From an uncultured Gammaproteobacteria bacterium (GTDB lineage Bacteria > Patescibacteriota > Patescibacteriia > UBA9934): a stretch of 64,000 nucleotides of DNA. A program made the translations under genes and the position numbers. This document shows, piece by piece, positions 19,595 through 31,330 of the stretch. The notes under the pieces are model-generated. The model searched no databases, was not told the origin of the DNA, and saw only the letters and a list, made by a program, of their open reading frames with translations. Location: assembly GCA_964344415.1 (NCBI GenBank), contig CAYFMS010000002.1:64142-128141 (forward strand). The letters are read 5' to 3'. Within the stretch, counting starts at the first letter, position 1, and each line of letters begins with the position of its first letter.

Positions 19595-20092
19595 ATGGAA
19601 GCACTACAAAATCTCGGACTCGATCTCTGGGGCATTATTTTGTACCTTGTAAATTTCGGGGTGATTTTATATGTGCTTCATCGATGGGTGTATAAGCCGC
19701 TTTTGAAGCATATCGACGAACGTCGTGAAGTCATTCGTAAGAATGTGAAAGAAGCGGAAATGCTTCGAAAGAATTTTGAGTCAGAGGCGAAAAAGCAAAA
19801 GGCTGAAAATGAAGCATATATCACAGATGCTCGTGCAAAAATAGCCGAGGCAACAAAGTTTGCTAAGCGCGGAGCGAAAGAAATCATTGCTGACGCCGAC
19901 GAACGTCGTGAAGCAATGCTTGCGGAAGCAGCGGAGCAGATCGAATCAATGAAATCAGGCATTGTAAAAGCATCAGAGTCTGAAATGAAGCAGCGCATTG
20001 AGCGTATTGTTTTGCATGTTCTTCAGAATTCAGTTCCTGAAAAGGCAGTAAAGCAAAGCGTTGATGACGCTGTGAAGGCAGTGCTGAAATAA
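19595..20092 (+). CDS. atpF: ATP synthase F0 subunit b
   Basis: N-terminal TM followed by a long charged coiled coil. Confidence 0.85.
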   Translation: MEALQNLGLDLWGIILYLVNFGVILYVLHRWVYKPLLKHIDERREVIRKNVKEAEMLRKNFESEAKKQKAENEAYITDARAKIAEATKFAKRGAKEIIADADERREAMLAEAAEQIESMKSGIVKASESEMKQRIERIVLHVLQNSVPEKAVKQSVDDAVKAVLK

Positions 20093-20094
20093 AT

Positions 20095-20682
20095 ATGATT
20101 ACTGATTTGCTTGCAAAAACGGTATTTCATGCCCTTCAAACTACGCAGCAAAAAGACTTCTTTCAAAAGAAGGCTGGCGCGCGCAGCAAAATAATGAAAG
20201 AGGCATTGCCGAATGACTATCCAAAGCCACTTCTTGCATATCTTGAAACAATTTCTGAAGAAGGATTTGTTAAAGATATGGATGAGCTTTTGCCTATGCT
20301 CGGAAAGAAACGATCTATTCTATCGATGGGTTCAGCAAAACAGAATGGATTTGTTGCAGCATTTGCAGCGGGGCTTAAAGAACAAATACAGTCAGATACC
20401 GATGATGCGTCTGCAAAAAAACGCTCAAACCGAATCTTGAGGCGTGAAGCACAAATGCTTCTTATGCAAGTAAAAGGTGAAGAGTCTGCACTTGTGCAGC
20501 TCGCAACGGATCCGGATAAGGCCACCAAGGAAAAACTAGAAGAGGCATTTGCAGAAAAAGGAGGAATCCCTCAATTCATTGTCAGTCAGGAATTGATTGG
20601 CGGCCTCAGGCTTTTCTCGGGCGGAAAACTTACAGATGCCAGCTGGCGTGCAAAGGTTAATCAGATATTTTCAAAACTTTAA
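20095..20682 (+). CDS. atpH: ATP synthase F1 subunit delta (OSCP)
   Basis: Position in the operon and C-terminal 'ELIGGLRLFSGGKLTDASWRAKV'. Confidence 0.8.
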   Translation: MITDLLAKTVFHALQTTQQKDFFQKKAGARSKIMKEALPNDYPKPLLAYLETISEEGFVKDMDELLPMLGKKRSILSMGSAKQNGFVAAFAAGLKEQIQSDTDDASAKKRSNRILRREAQMLLMQVKGEESALVQLATDPDKATKEKLEEAFAEKGGIPQFIVSQELIGGLRLFSGGKLTDASWRAKVNQIFSKL

Positions 20683-20684
20683 TT

Positions 20685-22205
20685 ATGGAAACCAAGGAAT
20701 TACGAAAATTTTTCAATGCTGTCGATACCGCAATCGGTTCACTTGACGGTGGTGAAGTAAAGGAAAAAAATGCGGGTATCATTCGCAGTGTTAAAGATGG
20801 CGTTCTGCATATTGACGGACTCACTGGACTAAAAATGGGTGAAGTTGTGACGGTTGAGGGCAGTGATGTTTCGGCTGTAGTGATGGAACTTGATGGCCGC
20901 AGCGCCTATGCGGTTATGCTTGTGAATGATCTAACGGTAAAGGAAGGGCAGGCCGTTTTTGCGAGTGGAAATTTCCTTGGTATTTCTGCAAGCGAAGATA
21001 TGCTTGGTCGTGTTGTGGATCCACTTGGTGTAGCTATCGACGGCGCAGGTGAAATCAAGAAAGGTGAATTCATGCCAATGGAGCGCATTGCTCCGGGTGT
21101 GATTACGCGTGAACCGGTGAGTGAACCGGTACAAACGGGTATTGTTGGAATTGATTCAATGATTCCAATTGGGCGCGGGCAGCGTGAACTTATCATTGGA
21201 GATCGTCAAACAGGAAAAACAACGGTTGCGATCGACACGATTCTGAATCAGAAAGGGCAGGACATGATTTGTGTTTATGTTGCGATTGGACAGCGCGAAT
21301 CAAGTACAGCTGCTGTATTTGAAACATTACGTGAAGGCGGAGCGCTTGATTATACGGTTATTGTGAATGCGGGTGCATCGAAAGCGGCGGTATCGCAATT
21401 CCTTGCCCCATATGCAGGAACAGCGATTGCGGAATATTTCCTTGGTAAAGGAAAGGACGTACTTGTGATTTATGATGATCTTTCAAAGCATGCGGTAGCG
21501 TACCGAGAATTGTCACTTCTTCTTCGTCGTCCACCAGGACGTGAAGCGTATCCGGGAGATGTATTCTATCTTCACTCTCGACTTCTTGAGCGTGCTGTTC
21601 GATTGAATGCAGATTATGGCGGGGGAAGTATTACGGCTCTTCCAATTATTGAAACACAGGCGGGAGATGTTTCGGCATATATTCCAACAAATGTTATTTC
21701 GATTACTGACGGTCAGATTTTCCTCGAATCTGGATTATTTGCTAGCGGAATTCGCCCAGCGATCAATATCGGTATTTCGGTATCTCGTGTAGGTGGAAGC
21801 GCACAAACGCATGTGATGAAAAAAGTAGCTGGAACAGCGAAGCTCGACCTTGCGCAGTATTATGAACTCGCAGCCTTCTCTCAATTTGCTTCTGAACTTG
21901 ATGATGCGACAAAGCAGCAATTGACGAGAGGTGAGCGTGTGCAGGAAGCGATGAAGCAGCGACAAAATGCGCCATATGAATTATGGCAGGAAATTGTTGT
22001 TCTTCGCGCCGCAACATCAGGATTCCTCGACGCTGTGGAAGTGAAAGATGTTCAACCGCTTCTCGGTCAGCTTCTAAACCATATTGAGGCAAATGAACAG
22101 GATCTCGTTTCTGGAATCATGAATGAGAAGAAGCTTACGGATGAAATCAAGGAAACGCTAGATAAGGCAATCGAAAGTGGCGTGAAGGCGCTAACTAATA
22201 AATAA
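20685..22205 (+). CDS. atpA: ATP synthase F1 subunit alpha
   Basis: Walker A 'GDRQTGKTTVAIDTI'; 506 aa. Confidence 0.95.
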   Translation: METKELRKFFNAVDTAIGSLDGGEVKEKNAGIIRSVKDGVLHIDGLTGLKMGEVVTVEGSDVSAVVMELDGRSAYAVMLVNDLTVKEGQAVFASGNFLGISASEDMLGRVVDPLGVAIDGAGEIKKGEFMPMERIAPGVITREPVSEPVQTGIVGIDSMIPIGRGQRELIIGDRQTGKTTVAIDTILNQKGQDMICVYVAIGQRESSTAAVFETLREGGALDYTVIVNAGASKAAVSQFLAPYAGTAIAEYFLGKGKDVLVIYDDLSKHAVAYRELSLLLRRPPGREAYPGDVFYLHSRLLERAVRLNADYGGGSITALPIIETQAGDVSAYIPTNVISITDGQIFLESGLFASGIRPAINIGISVSRVGGSAQTHVMKKVAGTAKLDLAQYYELAAFSQFASELDDATKQQLTRGERVQEAMKQRQNAPYELWQEIVVLRAATSGFLDAVEVKDVQPLLGQLLNHIEANEQDLVSGIMNEKKLTDEIKETLDKAIESGVKALTNK

Positions 22206-22340
22206 AAACTTTGTCCGTGAAGAATACTGAATGATATTTGCTTGAAGTTCAAGGACCGGAGCGGAGTGTACTGATGGGTACATGAAGCGAGGACCAAAGA
22301 ACTGAGGGCAAAGATCGTCAGTAGACAAGCGGATGACCGT

Positions 22341-24651
<2,311 letters not shown>

Positions 24652-24654
24652 TCT

Positions 24655-25074
24655 ATGTCGAGTGATGTGTTTCATTTTCGATTACTTGCGCCGACGAAAG
24701 ACTGGTTTTCTGGGCCGGTTGACTCGGTTCATTTTGCGACAAAATCTGGGGAAATGGAAATTCTCCCAGGTCATGTGTCACTTGTAGGTATTATCGATTT
24801 TTCTCTTGTAAAGATTCGAAAGAATGGACATATCGATGAATTTCTCATTCGGCATGGTGCCGTTTCCATTGATCCAGAAGGAGAGGGCGCTCGCATCATG
24901 GCCCAGGATGTGCAAGATAGAAAGCATCTCGATAAGAAGAGCTTGAAAGAATACCTAGATTTCGTTACGGAGAAATTGAAAAAGCCGGATGAATTGTCAA
25001 AATTCCAAATTGATTTCCTTGAAGAGCAAAAAGGCTCACTCGAAAAATCCTTCCAAATCCTTGAACAGAAATAA
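24655..25074 (+). CDS. atpC: ATP synthase F1 subunit epsilon
   Basis: Last gene of the atp operon; 139 aa. Confidence 0.85.
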   Translation: MSSDVFHFRLLAPTKDWFSGPVDSVHFATKSGEMEILPGHVSLVGIIDFSLVKIRKNGHIDEFLIRHGAVSIDPEGEGARIMAQDVQDRKHLDKKSLKEYLDFVTEKLKKPDELSKFQIDFLEEQKGSLEKSFQILEQK

Positions 25075-25100
25075 AAAAAACAGCCAGATGGCTGTTTTTT
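25075..25100. terminator. bidirectional rho-independent terminator between atpC and rpmA
   Basis: A8-cagcca-ga-tggctg-T6: a hairpin with an A-run on one side and a T-run on the other. Confidence 0.7.
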
Positions 25101-25374
25101 ACTTATCAATTCGGACAAATGTTTTCATTTTGAGTGCACCGTGGAAATTTGGAACCTTCTTTTTGAAGAATTTCACTTTTCCAGCTACGAGTGCAAACAA
25201 TGTGTCATCAGATCCTTTTCCTACATTCGCTCCGGGACGATATTTTGTTCCGCGCTGTCGGATAAGGATTTGACCAGCTTTCACTGCTTGTCCATCTGTC
25301 TTTTTCAGTCCGAGTCGTTTTGCTTTCGAGTCTCGGTTGTTTTGGGTAGAACCCTGTGCCTTTTTCTTTGCCAT
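25099..25374 (-). CDS. rpmA: 50S ribosomal protein L27
   Basis: '[26 protein letters not shown]' matches L27. Confidence 0.9.
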   Translation of the reverse strand: MAKKKAQGSTQNNRDSKAKRLGLKKTDGQAVKAGQILIRQRGTKYRPGANVGKGSDDTLFALVAGKVKFFKKKVPNFHGALKMKTFVRIDK

Positions 25375-25531
25375 AAGTTCATTTCACAGCCGACTTAATC
25401 GCATCTCCCTTCGGGATGACCGAAATCCTCGACTCGTATTGAATTACGGCGAAATATTACAAAAATAGGCAAGAAATGTCAAGTATATGAACACTTCCAT
25501 GTTGATGAATGCTAGGATATACTATGACTGT

Positions 25532-25759
25532 ATGGAAAAGCGTATAGAAGAATTACTGGAAATGGTTCGGCCTCGGCTGGCAATGCATGGTGGAAATGTA
25601 AGCTTGATTGGCTATGATGAGAAGAGTGGCGTCGTTCAAGTAAAAATGGAGGGGGCATGCAGTGGATGCCCATTGTCGCAAATGACGCTAAAAGGTGGCA
25701 TTGAGGCGCTTATCGTGTCAGAGCTCCCGCAGGTAAAAGAAGTGATAGCAATTTCATGA
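25532..25759 (+). CDS. NifU-like (Nfu) Fe-S cluster domain protein
   Basis: 'GGNVSLIGYDEKSGVVQVKMEGACSGCPLS' matches the NifU C-terminal domain. The ORF could start at 25487. Confidence 0.75.
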   Translation: MEKRIEELLEMVRPRLAMHGGNVSLIGYDEKSGVVQVKMEGACSGCPLSQMTLKGGIEALIVSELPQVKEVIAIS

Positions 25760-26148
25760 ATATTTTAGACCGAATAAAGGGCGGTAAGCGCATTGGAATA
25801 GATGCAAAAATGAAGCAAATAACGGTCATTGTTTCTTTTTTGTTTGTCACATTGTCTCTTGTGATTTTGTATTGGCAACTATTTCCAGAATTGAGTCAGC
25901 AGATTGCAATTCCTCTGCATTACAATATTCATTCGGGCGTTGATCAATTCGGCCCATGGTGGAAAATTTTCACCATCCCAGCCGTCGCTCTTGGTATACT
26001 GACTCTGAACCTTGTTCTCGCAAAATTATTCGCTAAAAAAGATGAAATCTTGCCCGTATTCTTTTATGCAGTGACATTGATGGCACAAGTGATTCTTTTC
26101 TTGGCGATGATATTCGTTATCCTTCTCAATATTTCATATTATGGTTGA
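25756..26148 (+). CDS. small membrane protein, hypothetical
   Basis: 130 aa with 3-4 TM helices. Confidence 0.45.
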   Translation: MNILDRIKGGKRIGIDAKMKQITVIVSFLFVTLSLVILYWQLFPELSQQIAIPLHYNIHSGVDQFGPWWKIFTIPAVALGILTLNLVLAKLFAKKDEILPVFFYAVTLMAQVILFLAMIFVILLNISYYG

Positions 26149-27193
26149 TACATTCGTGATTGCAAAAATTCTTACGCTGACGACAATTGCTTTTATTTTG
26201 ACAATTCTCTGGACGCCAGTATGGACTCAGCTTCTGTATGAGTATCGAATGGGGAAGTCTCTGCGGAGTTCGAAGCAGGCGCCTATTTTTAACAAAATGC
26301 ATAAAAAGAAGGCTGGCACCCCAACAATGGGAGGTGTTCTGATTTGGGGGACAGTCCTTTTTATGGCAGTTGTTTTCTTTTCAATTGCGAATCTGGCGCC
26401 GGAATCATTTATTGGTAGGCTCGAGTTTTTGACGCGCGGACAAACACTTCTTCCTCTGGCTTCTTTGGTGGCGGCTGGACTTGTTGGGCTTATTGATGAT
26501 TATTTCAATGTACGCGGGATTGGAAAAAACGGAGGTGGGGTCGAGGTTCAGCATCGGATGATTCTGTACACCTTGATCGCTATTGTCGGCGCATGGTGGT
26601 TTTTCTTTAAGCTCGATTGGGATTTATTGCATATCCCATTCTTTGGAGATTTTAATATTGGTCTTTGGTATATTCCATTATTCATTCTTGTCATTGTCGC
26701 GACATCTTTTTCGGTTAATCAGACAGATGGACTTGATGGATTAGCTGGCGGAACGCTTTTGTCGGCTTATGCCGCCTATGCTGTTATTTCGCTTCTGCAG
26801 GGGCGATTTGAATTAGCGGCTTTTTGCGGAGTTGTGGCGGGCGCCTTGCTGGCATTTTTATGGTTTAACATTTATCCGGCTCGATTTTTCATGGGTGACA
26901 CAGGCGCCATGTCTCTTGGTGTAACGCTCGGAATTGTCGCCATGCTGACAAATACGGCATTAGTACTGCCAATTATTGGAATTGTTTTTGTTATTGAAGC
27001 ACTTACAACAATCATACAATTAGCATCGAAAAAGATCAGAGGGAAAAAGGTATTTCAAGTTGCGCCAATTCATCATCATTTCGAAGCACTTGGCTGGCCA
27101 GAGCCAAAGGTTGTGATGCGTTTCTGGGTCATTTCTTGGATTGCGGCCGCTATTGGAATTGTTATTGTCATTCTAGATTTATCGCTTGCATAA
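26141..27193 (+). CDS. mraY: phospho-N-acetylmuramoyl-pentapeptide transferase
   Basis: 'VNQTDGLDGLAGG' and 'NIYPARFFMGDTGAMSLG'. Confidence 0.95.
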   Translation: MVDTFVIAKILTLTTIAFILTILWTPVWTQLLYEYRMGKSLRSSKQAPIFNKMHKKKAGTPTMGGVLIWGTVLFMAVVFFSIANLAPESFIGRLEFLTRGQTLLPLASLVAAGLVGLIDDYFNVRGIGKNGGGVEVQHRMILYTLIAIVGAWWFFFKLDWDLLHIPFFGDFNIGLWYIPLFILVIVATSFSVNQTDGLDGLAGGTLLSAYAAYAVISLLQGRFELAAFCGVVAGALLAFLWFNIYPARFFMGDTGAMSLGVTLGIVAMLTNTALVLPIIGIVFVIEALTTIIQLASKKIRGKKVFQVAPIHHHFEALGWPEPKVVMRFWVISWIAAAIGIVIVILDLSLA

Positions 27194-28306
27194 ATGCGCG
27201 AATTACTTCGAAAAATCGATCTTCCATTTGCACTCATATTCCTGGGACTTCTTTTTTTTGGTCTTATTATGCTTTCATCGGCATCGGGGCCGATTGGCTT
27301 TGAACGATTCGGTGATAGTTTTTATTTCATAAAGCATCAATTATTGCAGGGACTATTACCCGGGGCTCTTGCATTCTTCATTGGATTTACAATTCCGTAT
27401 AAAACATGGAAGCGCTATGCATTTCCTATGCTCCTCTTATCTATCATTCTTCTGATTTTGGTGTATATACCTGGAATTGGGACGGATTTTGGAACTTTTG
27501 CGCGTAGCTGGGTAAGTGTTGGTGCCTTTTCATTTCAACCATCAGAGATTGTAAAACTGACATTCCTATTCTATTTAGCAGCTTGGATGGAGAAACAGGG
27601 TGGGGGATTGAAATCATTTCAAGATGGCCTCGTTCCTTTCTTGGTTATTTTGGCTTTCGTTGGAGGCCTGATCTTTTTTCAGCCGGACCTTGGAACATTG
27701 TCCATTATTCTTGCCATGTCACTTGTCGTCTTCTTTGTAGCTGGGGGTTCTGTGGCACATTTAATTGGACTTGGCGCTGTCGGTCTTGTTTTCTTTGGGC
27801 TCGCAATCCGATTATCGCCGTATCGAGCAGCACGATTGATGACATTCCTCCATCCGGAACTAGACCCTCAGGGAATCGGTTATCAAATCAATCAAGCATT
27901 GCTTGCGGTCGGATCGGGAGGTTTATTCGGCAGAGGCTACGGACATTCCTTACAGAAATTTCAATATTTACCTGAAGTGATCGGTGATTCTATTTTCGCC
28001 GTACTTGCGGAAGAGCTGGGATTCATCTTTACGGCGGCATTCATTATCCTCTTTCTAGTATTTGTACTTCGCGGCATAAGAATTGGACATTTAGCAAAGG
28101 ATGCATTCGGAAAATATGTCGCCATTGGCGTGATGACTTGGTTTGGAGTTCAGGCATTTGTAAATATCGGAGCCATGCTCGGCATCCTCCCTTTAACGGG
28201 CGTACCGCTCCCATTTTTGAGCTATGGTGGAACATCTCTTATTATTTCAATGATGGCTGTTGGCGTTGTATTAAATATTTCGAGATCTTCAAATGGGTAT
28301 GCGTAA
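27194..28306 (+). CDS. ftsW: SEDS-family peptidoglycan glycosyltransferase FtsW/RodA
   Basis: 'GYQINQALLAVGSGGLFGRGYG' and 'PEVIGDSIFAVLAEELGF'. Confidence 0.9.
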   Translation: MRELLRKIDLPFALIFLGLLFFGLIMLSSASGPIGFERFGDSFYFIKHQLLQGLLPGALAFFIGFTIPYKTWKRYAFPMLLLSIILLILVYIPGIGTDFGTFARSWVSVGAFSFQPSEIVKLTFLFYLAAWMEKQGGGLKSFQDGLVPFLVILAFVGGLIFFQPDLGTLSIILAMSLVVFFVAGGSVAHLIGLGAVGLVFFGLAIRLSPYRAARLMTFLHPELDPQGIGYQINQALLAVGSGGLFGRGYGHSLQKFQYLPEVIGDSIFAVLAEELGFIFTAAFIILFLVFVLRGIRIGHLAKDAFGKYVAIGVMTWFGVQAFVNIGAMLGILPLTGVPLPFLSYGGTSLIISMMAVGVVLNISRSSNGYA

Positions 28307-29384
28307 AATGAAACATCATCACATATTGATGACAGGAGGAGGTACATTGGGACCTGTGACTCCGCTGCTTGGAATTATTGATGTATGGAAGGAGATGGAC
28401 GAACAAACGGAGTTTTCTTGGATTGTGACGCCTCGTGGAGTCGAGAAAGATCTCTTGCGATCGGAAGGAATGAGATTCCAAACGCTTTATGCTCCAAAAT
28501 TATCAAGGCATAAAAAATGGCAATGGATTGCTACGCCTTTTTTACTAACCGCGAGCGTGATGAGAGCGATGCAGATCTTGAGAAAAATACGGCCAAGCAT
28601 GGTATTTACGGCAGGGGGGTATGTAAGCGTACCTGTCGTGATTGCGGCGAAAATGCAAGGCATTCCCATTTGGGTGCATCAATTAGACTATCTTCCGGGG
28701 ATTGCAAATAAGGTGATGGCGCCATTTGCTACGCGTATTACAACGACATTTGAAAAGTCCGCTGAGAAATTTCCTGAATCTAAAACGGAAACGGTTGGCG
28801 CAGTGCTTCGTGCACGGCTGCGCATTTCGTCAAAGGAAACATTATTGCAAAAGTATGGCCTCGATCCTCAAAAAATGACGATACTGATTACTGGTGGGGG
28901 AACTGGCGCTGTGCAAATTAATGATGCGATGGAGGTGATAGCGAAAGAATTATCCCTGAAGGCAAATATTATTCACTTGACTGGGAAGGGAAAAATGACA
29001 AATGAATTGCAAGAAATAGCCCCGAATTATTGCGCGATTGAAATGGTGACGCATGAAATGCATGAATTATATTCATTGGCGGATATAGTTGTTTCGCGGG
29101 CTGGGCTCGGTACAATGATGGAGCTTGTTTCATATAAAAAGCCTGCTATTATCATTCCAATCAAGAATTCTCATCAGGAATTGAATGCAGCGGTTCTCGC
29201 CGAGGCGGGGGCGGCTCATGTCATTTGGGATATGAATCCACAGGTTTTAAAGCAGGCAATCTCGAAAATGATCGATGATGACGATCGTCGCAATGCATAT
29301 GCGCGGGCGATTGGCGAAGTTATGGATCGGTCCGGTGCAGAGAAAATCGCGAAAGAAGCGATTGATGTTTTGGGTGGGGGGTAG
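28293..29384 (+). CDS. murG: undecaprenyldiphospho-muramoylpentapeptide beta-N-acetylglucosaminyltransferase
   Basis: 'MTGGGTLGPVTP' and 'ILITGGGTGA'; GT28 fold. Confidence 0.9.
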   Translation: MGMRKMKHHHILMTGGGTLGPVTPLLGIIDVWKEMDEQTEFSWIVTPRGVEKDLLRSEGMRFQTLYAPKLSRHKKWQWIATPFLLTASVMRAMQILRKIRPSMVFTAGGYVSVPVVIAAKMQGIPIWVHQLDYLPGIANKVMAPFATRITTTFEKSAEKFPESKTETVGAVLRARLRISSKETLLQKYGLDPQKMTILITGGGTGAVQINDAMEVIAKELSLKANIIHLTGKGKMTNELQEIAPNYCAIEMVTHEMHELYSLADIVVSRAGLGTMMELVSYKKPAIIIPIKNSHQELNAAVLAEAGAAHVIWDMNPQVLKQAISKMIDDDDRRNAYARAIGEVMDRSGAEKIAKEAIDVLGGG

Positions 29385-29394
29385 GTTACCGTTA

Positions 29395-29520
29395 CGAATT
29401 TACGGATAATACTGATATGCGGATTGACGGCTACGAAGTAAGTAGTCGTATTGCTTAGATCCTTCGACAGGCTCAGGATTTCGAATGGGTACACGAAGTC
29501 CGACTTTCTTTTCGTCATAC
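29395..29520. repeat. mosaic intergenic repeat, inverted orientation (modules G, C and D and a single AAGTCCGACTT copy)
   Basis: 'cttagatccttcgacaggctcaggatttcgaa' is the reverse complement of module C at 59085 and 60335. 'cgaagtaagtagtcg' is the reverse complement of module G. Confidence 0.7.
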
Positions 29521-29595
29521 AAAAGTAATCTCTTTAATCTCCTCCATCTCTTTCATGCATCTCAGCCACTAACTTCCCTTACTTTTTACACAATA

Positions 29596-29628
29596 AAAAA
29601 AGAGGCCTCAGTGACCTCTTTTTGGTTT
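29596..29628. terminator. bidirectional terminator
   Basis: A7-GAGGCCTCAGTGACCTC-T5. Confidence 0.5.
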
Positions 29629-29629
29629 A

Positions 29630-29911
29630 TTACATTTCTGATTCACCACCTTCTTCGGATCCGCCTTCATCGCCAGATTCCTCGGCTGCATCGTCCATGC
29701 CTTCGTCACCCCCTTCCATTGGAGCTTCCTCAGCCGGTTCTTCCGCCGGCATCTCTGCTGGAGCCTCCTCCATTGGAGCTGCTTCGGTCATTGGTTCGGC
29801 TGCTGGAGCTTCTTCCATGCCTGTGTCGGCATCATCGGACCCGCCTTGCATTCCCATATTAGCGTCTGCCTGATCATCCATCATGTCGGCATCATTATTC
29901 ATGTATGTCAT
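29630..29911 (-). CDS. highly acidic low-complexity protein (93 aa, E/D/A/P/M-rich), hypothetical
   Basis: The terminator lies directly downstream. The antisense Ser/Pro-rich ORF 29622..29873 would start inside a T-run. No clear SD. Confidence 0.35.
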   Translation of the reverse strand: MTYMNNDADMMDDQADANMGMQGGSDDADTGMEEAPAAEPMTEAAPMEEAPAEMPAEEPAEEAPMEGGDEGMDDAAEESGDEGGSEEGGESEM

Positions 29912-30003
29912 AATTTTATTTTAAGAATTATCAATTCCACTGTAGCAAATTGACAGATCTTAAAAAGGTTTAATGTGGAAAGTTGATTTTTGGGTATGGG
30001 GCT

Positions 30004-30032
30004 TGATTTTTTTACTAAAAAATGATATAAAT
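30004..30032 (+). promoter_or_regulatory. promoter TTGATT-N17-TATAAA upstream of tRNA-Lys
   Basis: Read directly; about 50 nt upstream of the tRNA. Confidence 0.4.
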
Positions 30033-30083
30033 GCGTCACCAATGAGCAAATGTAACAAGTGGCAAGACTTAAATTGCAAGCAT

Positions 30084-30159
30084 ACGCCGGTAGCTCAGTT
30101 GGTAGAGCGAGGGCCTTTTAAGCCCGAGGTCGTGGGTTCGAGCCCCACTCGGCGTACCA
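30084..30159 (+). tRNA. tRNA-Lys (anticodon UUU), CCA encoded
   Basis: Cloverleaf folded by hand: acceptor ACGCCGG/TCGGCGT, 'GCTCAGTTGGTAGAGC' D-arm, anticodon loop CTTTTAA, T-arm GTGGGTTCGAGCCCCAC. Confidence 0.85.
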
Positions 30160-30162
30160 AAA

Positions 30163-30190
30163 AATAGTCAGTTTTCTGGCTATTTTTTCT
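30163..30190 (+). terminator. terminator after tRNA-Lys
   Basis: 'tagtcagttttctggcta' hairpin followed by T6. Confidence 0.5.
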
Positions 30191-30257
30191 TGTTGAAGTG
30201 ATTATTATGTTGAATGCATGATTTTATCCACAGATATTTGACAAAAAAATGTGTTCA

Positions 30258-30374
30258 ATGCAAAGTGTAAAGAGTATGCAAAACATTGCACGCCTCATTA
30301 CAAAGAATATTGCGATGGCAATTGTCTGCCTCGTGGTTGGCTTTGTGCTCATTATTGGATTGAGCGGCGTGTAA
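30258..30374 (+). CDS. 38-aa hydrophobic peptide (type I toxin-like), speculative
   Basis: 'MQSVKSMQNIARLITKNIAMAIVCLVVGFVLIIGLSGV'; own terminator at 30400-30430; not in the ORF track because it is under 60 aa. Confidence 0.25.
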   Translation: MQSVKSMQNIARLITKNIAMAIVCLVVGFVLIIGLSGV

Positions 30375-30399
30375 GATTTTGTTAAAACATCAAACAAAA

Positions 30400-30430
30400 C
30401 AACGCTGCTCAGTGATGAGTGGCGTTTTTT
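30400..30430 (+). terminator. rho-independent terminator
   Basis: 'cgctgctcagtgatgagtggcg' followed by T6. Confidence 0.5.
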
Positions 30431-30475
30431 CTTGAGCTGAAGAAGGAAAGGAGTAGCATCTTCTTCAGCTCAAGA
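30428..30475 (+). repeat. hairpin repeat copy 1 (15-bp perfect stem, 14-nt loop 'gaaaggagtagcat')
   Basis: 'cttgagctgaagaag-gaaaggagtagcat-cttcttcagctcaag'. Confidence 0.8.
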
Positions 30476-30730
30476 AGCTGAGGCTCAAAGGGGGAAGCAT
30501 GTCCAAAGTGACTCTCGGAAAGGATACTGTGAATAGTGGTGTAACTACTATTCGTGGTAGTAACCGGTCCAAGCGGCGCAATGACTCGATCGATCAGGTT
30601 GATGTTCCGCGCCCGTCTCTGCAAATCGTACCTCGCGCTGATTGCGACAAAAACAATCGGCATCCTTGGTGGCGATAGCAGAACATCCCGTCCGACTGCA
30701 TTCATCTGTAGTCGGACGGAGAAATGTTTT

Positions 30731-30770
30731 CTAGATTGAAGAAGGAAAGGAGTAGCATCTTCTTCAGTCT
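30731..30770 (+). repeat. hairpin repeat copy 2 (13-bp stem with one G·U, identical loop)
   Basis: 'tagattgaagaag-gaaaggagtagcat-cttcttcagtcta'; shares a 31-bp identical core with copy 1. Confidence 0.8.
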
Positions 30771-30820
30771 ATGAAGACTGAAAAACGAAAATTCTGCCCG
30801 AAAAGGGCTTTGGAGGAATC

Positions 30821-31273
30821 ATGTGTGAAGGAAGGAATGAAGGTTATGCATCTGCGATCGATACGTTGAATCGGAGGCGGCTTCTGCCGGATTCTACTAT
30901 GGAATCTGAGCTGAGCCCCGACGAGGACACGGCGGAGCTCGAGCGAAGCATGCAGAGGGCACGCGATGTGGTTCGGGAAGCGAACCTCGACGACACGGGT
31001 CCGGAGATCGGAACGGATGCATGGCGTCTGCAGATGATGCGGAATCAAGAGCGCGCTCTCGACTGCCGTGTGGACGTCGACGATGCCGACGATGTCATCG
31101 TCCGAAGGACGGTGCCTGACGGTTCCGTGCAGGACATCGATCCACAAGTCGTCGCTGAAGATGCGGGAGTCATGTCTGATGAGCTCACCGACTTCGAGGA
31201 GGAACCTGAGTGGACAGACAACTTCGGTCGTCCGATGGGCGACGCTTCGATGTGGAGTAGTTTCCTGTCGTAA
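30821..31273 (+). CDS. acidic hypothetical protein (150 aa) in a GC-rich insert next to tRNA-Lys
   Basis: RBS GGAGGA; strongly GC-rich third codon positions unlike the host genes; terminator downstream. The antisense ORF 30764..31318 is rejected. Confidence 0.55.
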   Translation: MCEGRNEGYASAIDTLNRRRLLPDSTMESELSPDEDTAELERSMQRARDVVREANLDDTGPEIGTDAWRLQMMRNQERALDCRVDVDDADDVIVRRTVPDGSVQDIDPQVVAEDAGVMSDELTDFEEEPEWTDNFGRPMGDASMWSSFLS

Positions 31274-31295
31274 TTCGCTGAGCACCGACGCCGAT

Positions 31296-31330
31296 ACGCG
31301 CCCGCAATGCAAGAGCATCGCGGGCTTTTT
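31296..31330 (+). terminator. rho-independent terminator
   Basis: GCCCGC-aatgcaagagcatc-GCGGGC followed by T6. Confidence 0.6.

Noticed and set aside
30498-30560. Short ORF after hairpin 1 (initially read as about 60 aa)
   Set aside because: On recounting the frame it is only 20 aa ('MSKVTLGKDTVNSGGNYYSW'), so it is not reported as a gene.
30764-31318. 184-aa minus-strand ORF overlapping the acidic-protein gene
   Set aside because: It is antisense to an ORF with a strong RBS and terminator and has an Arg/His/Ser-rich composition typical of the antisense of GC-rich genes.
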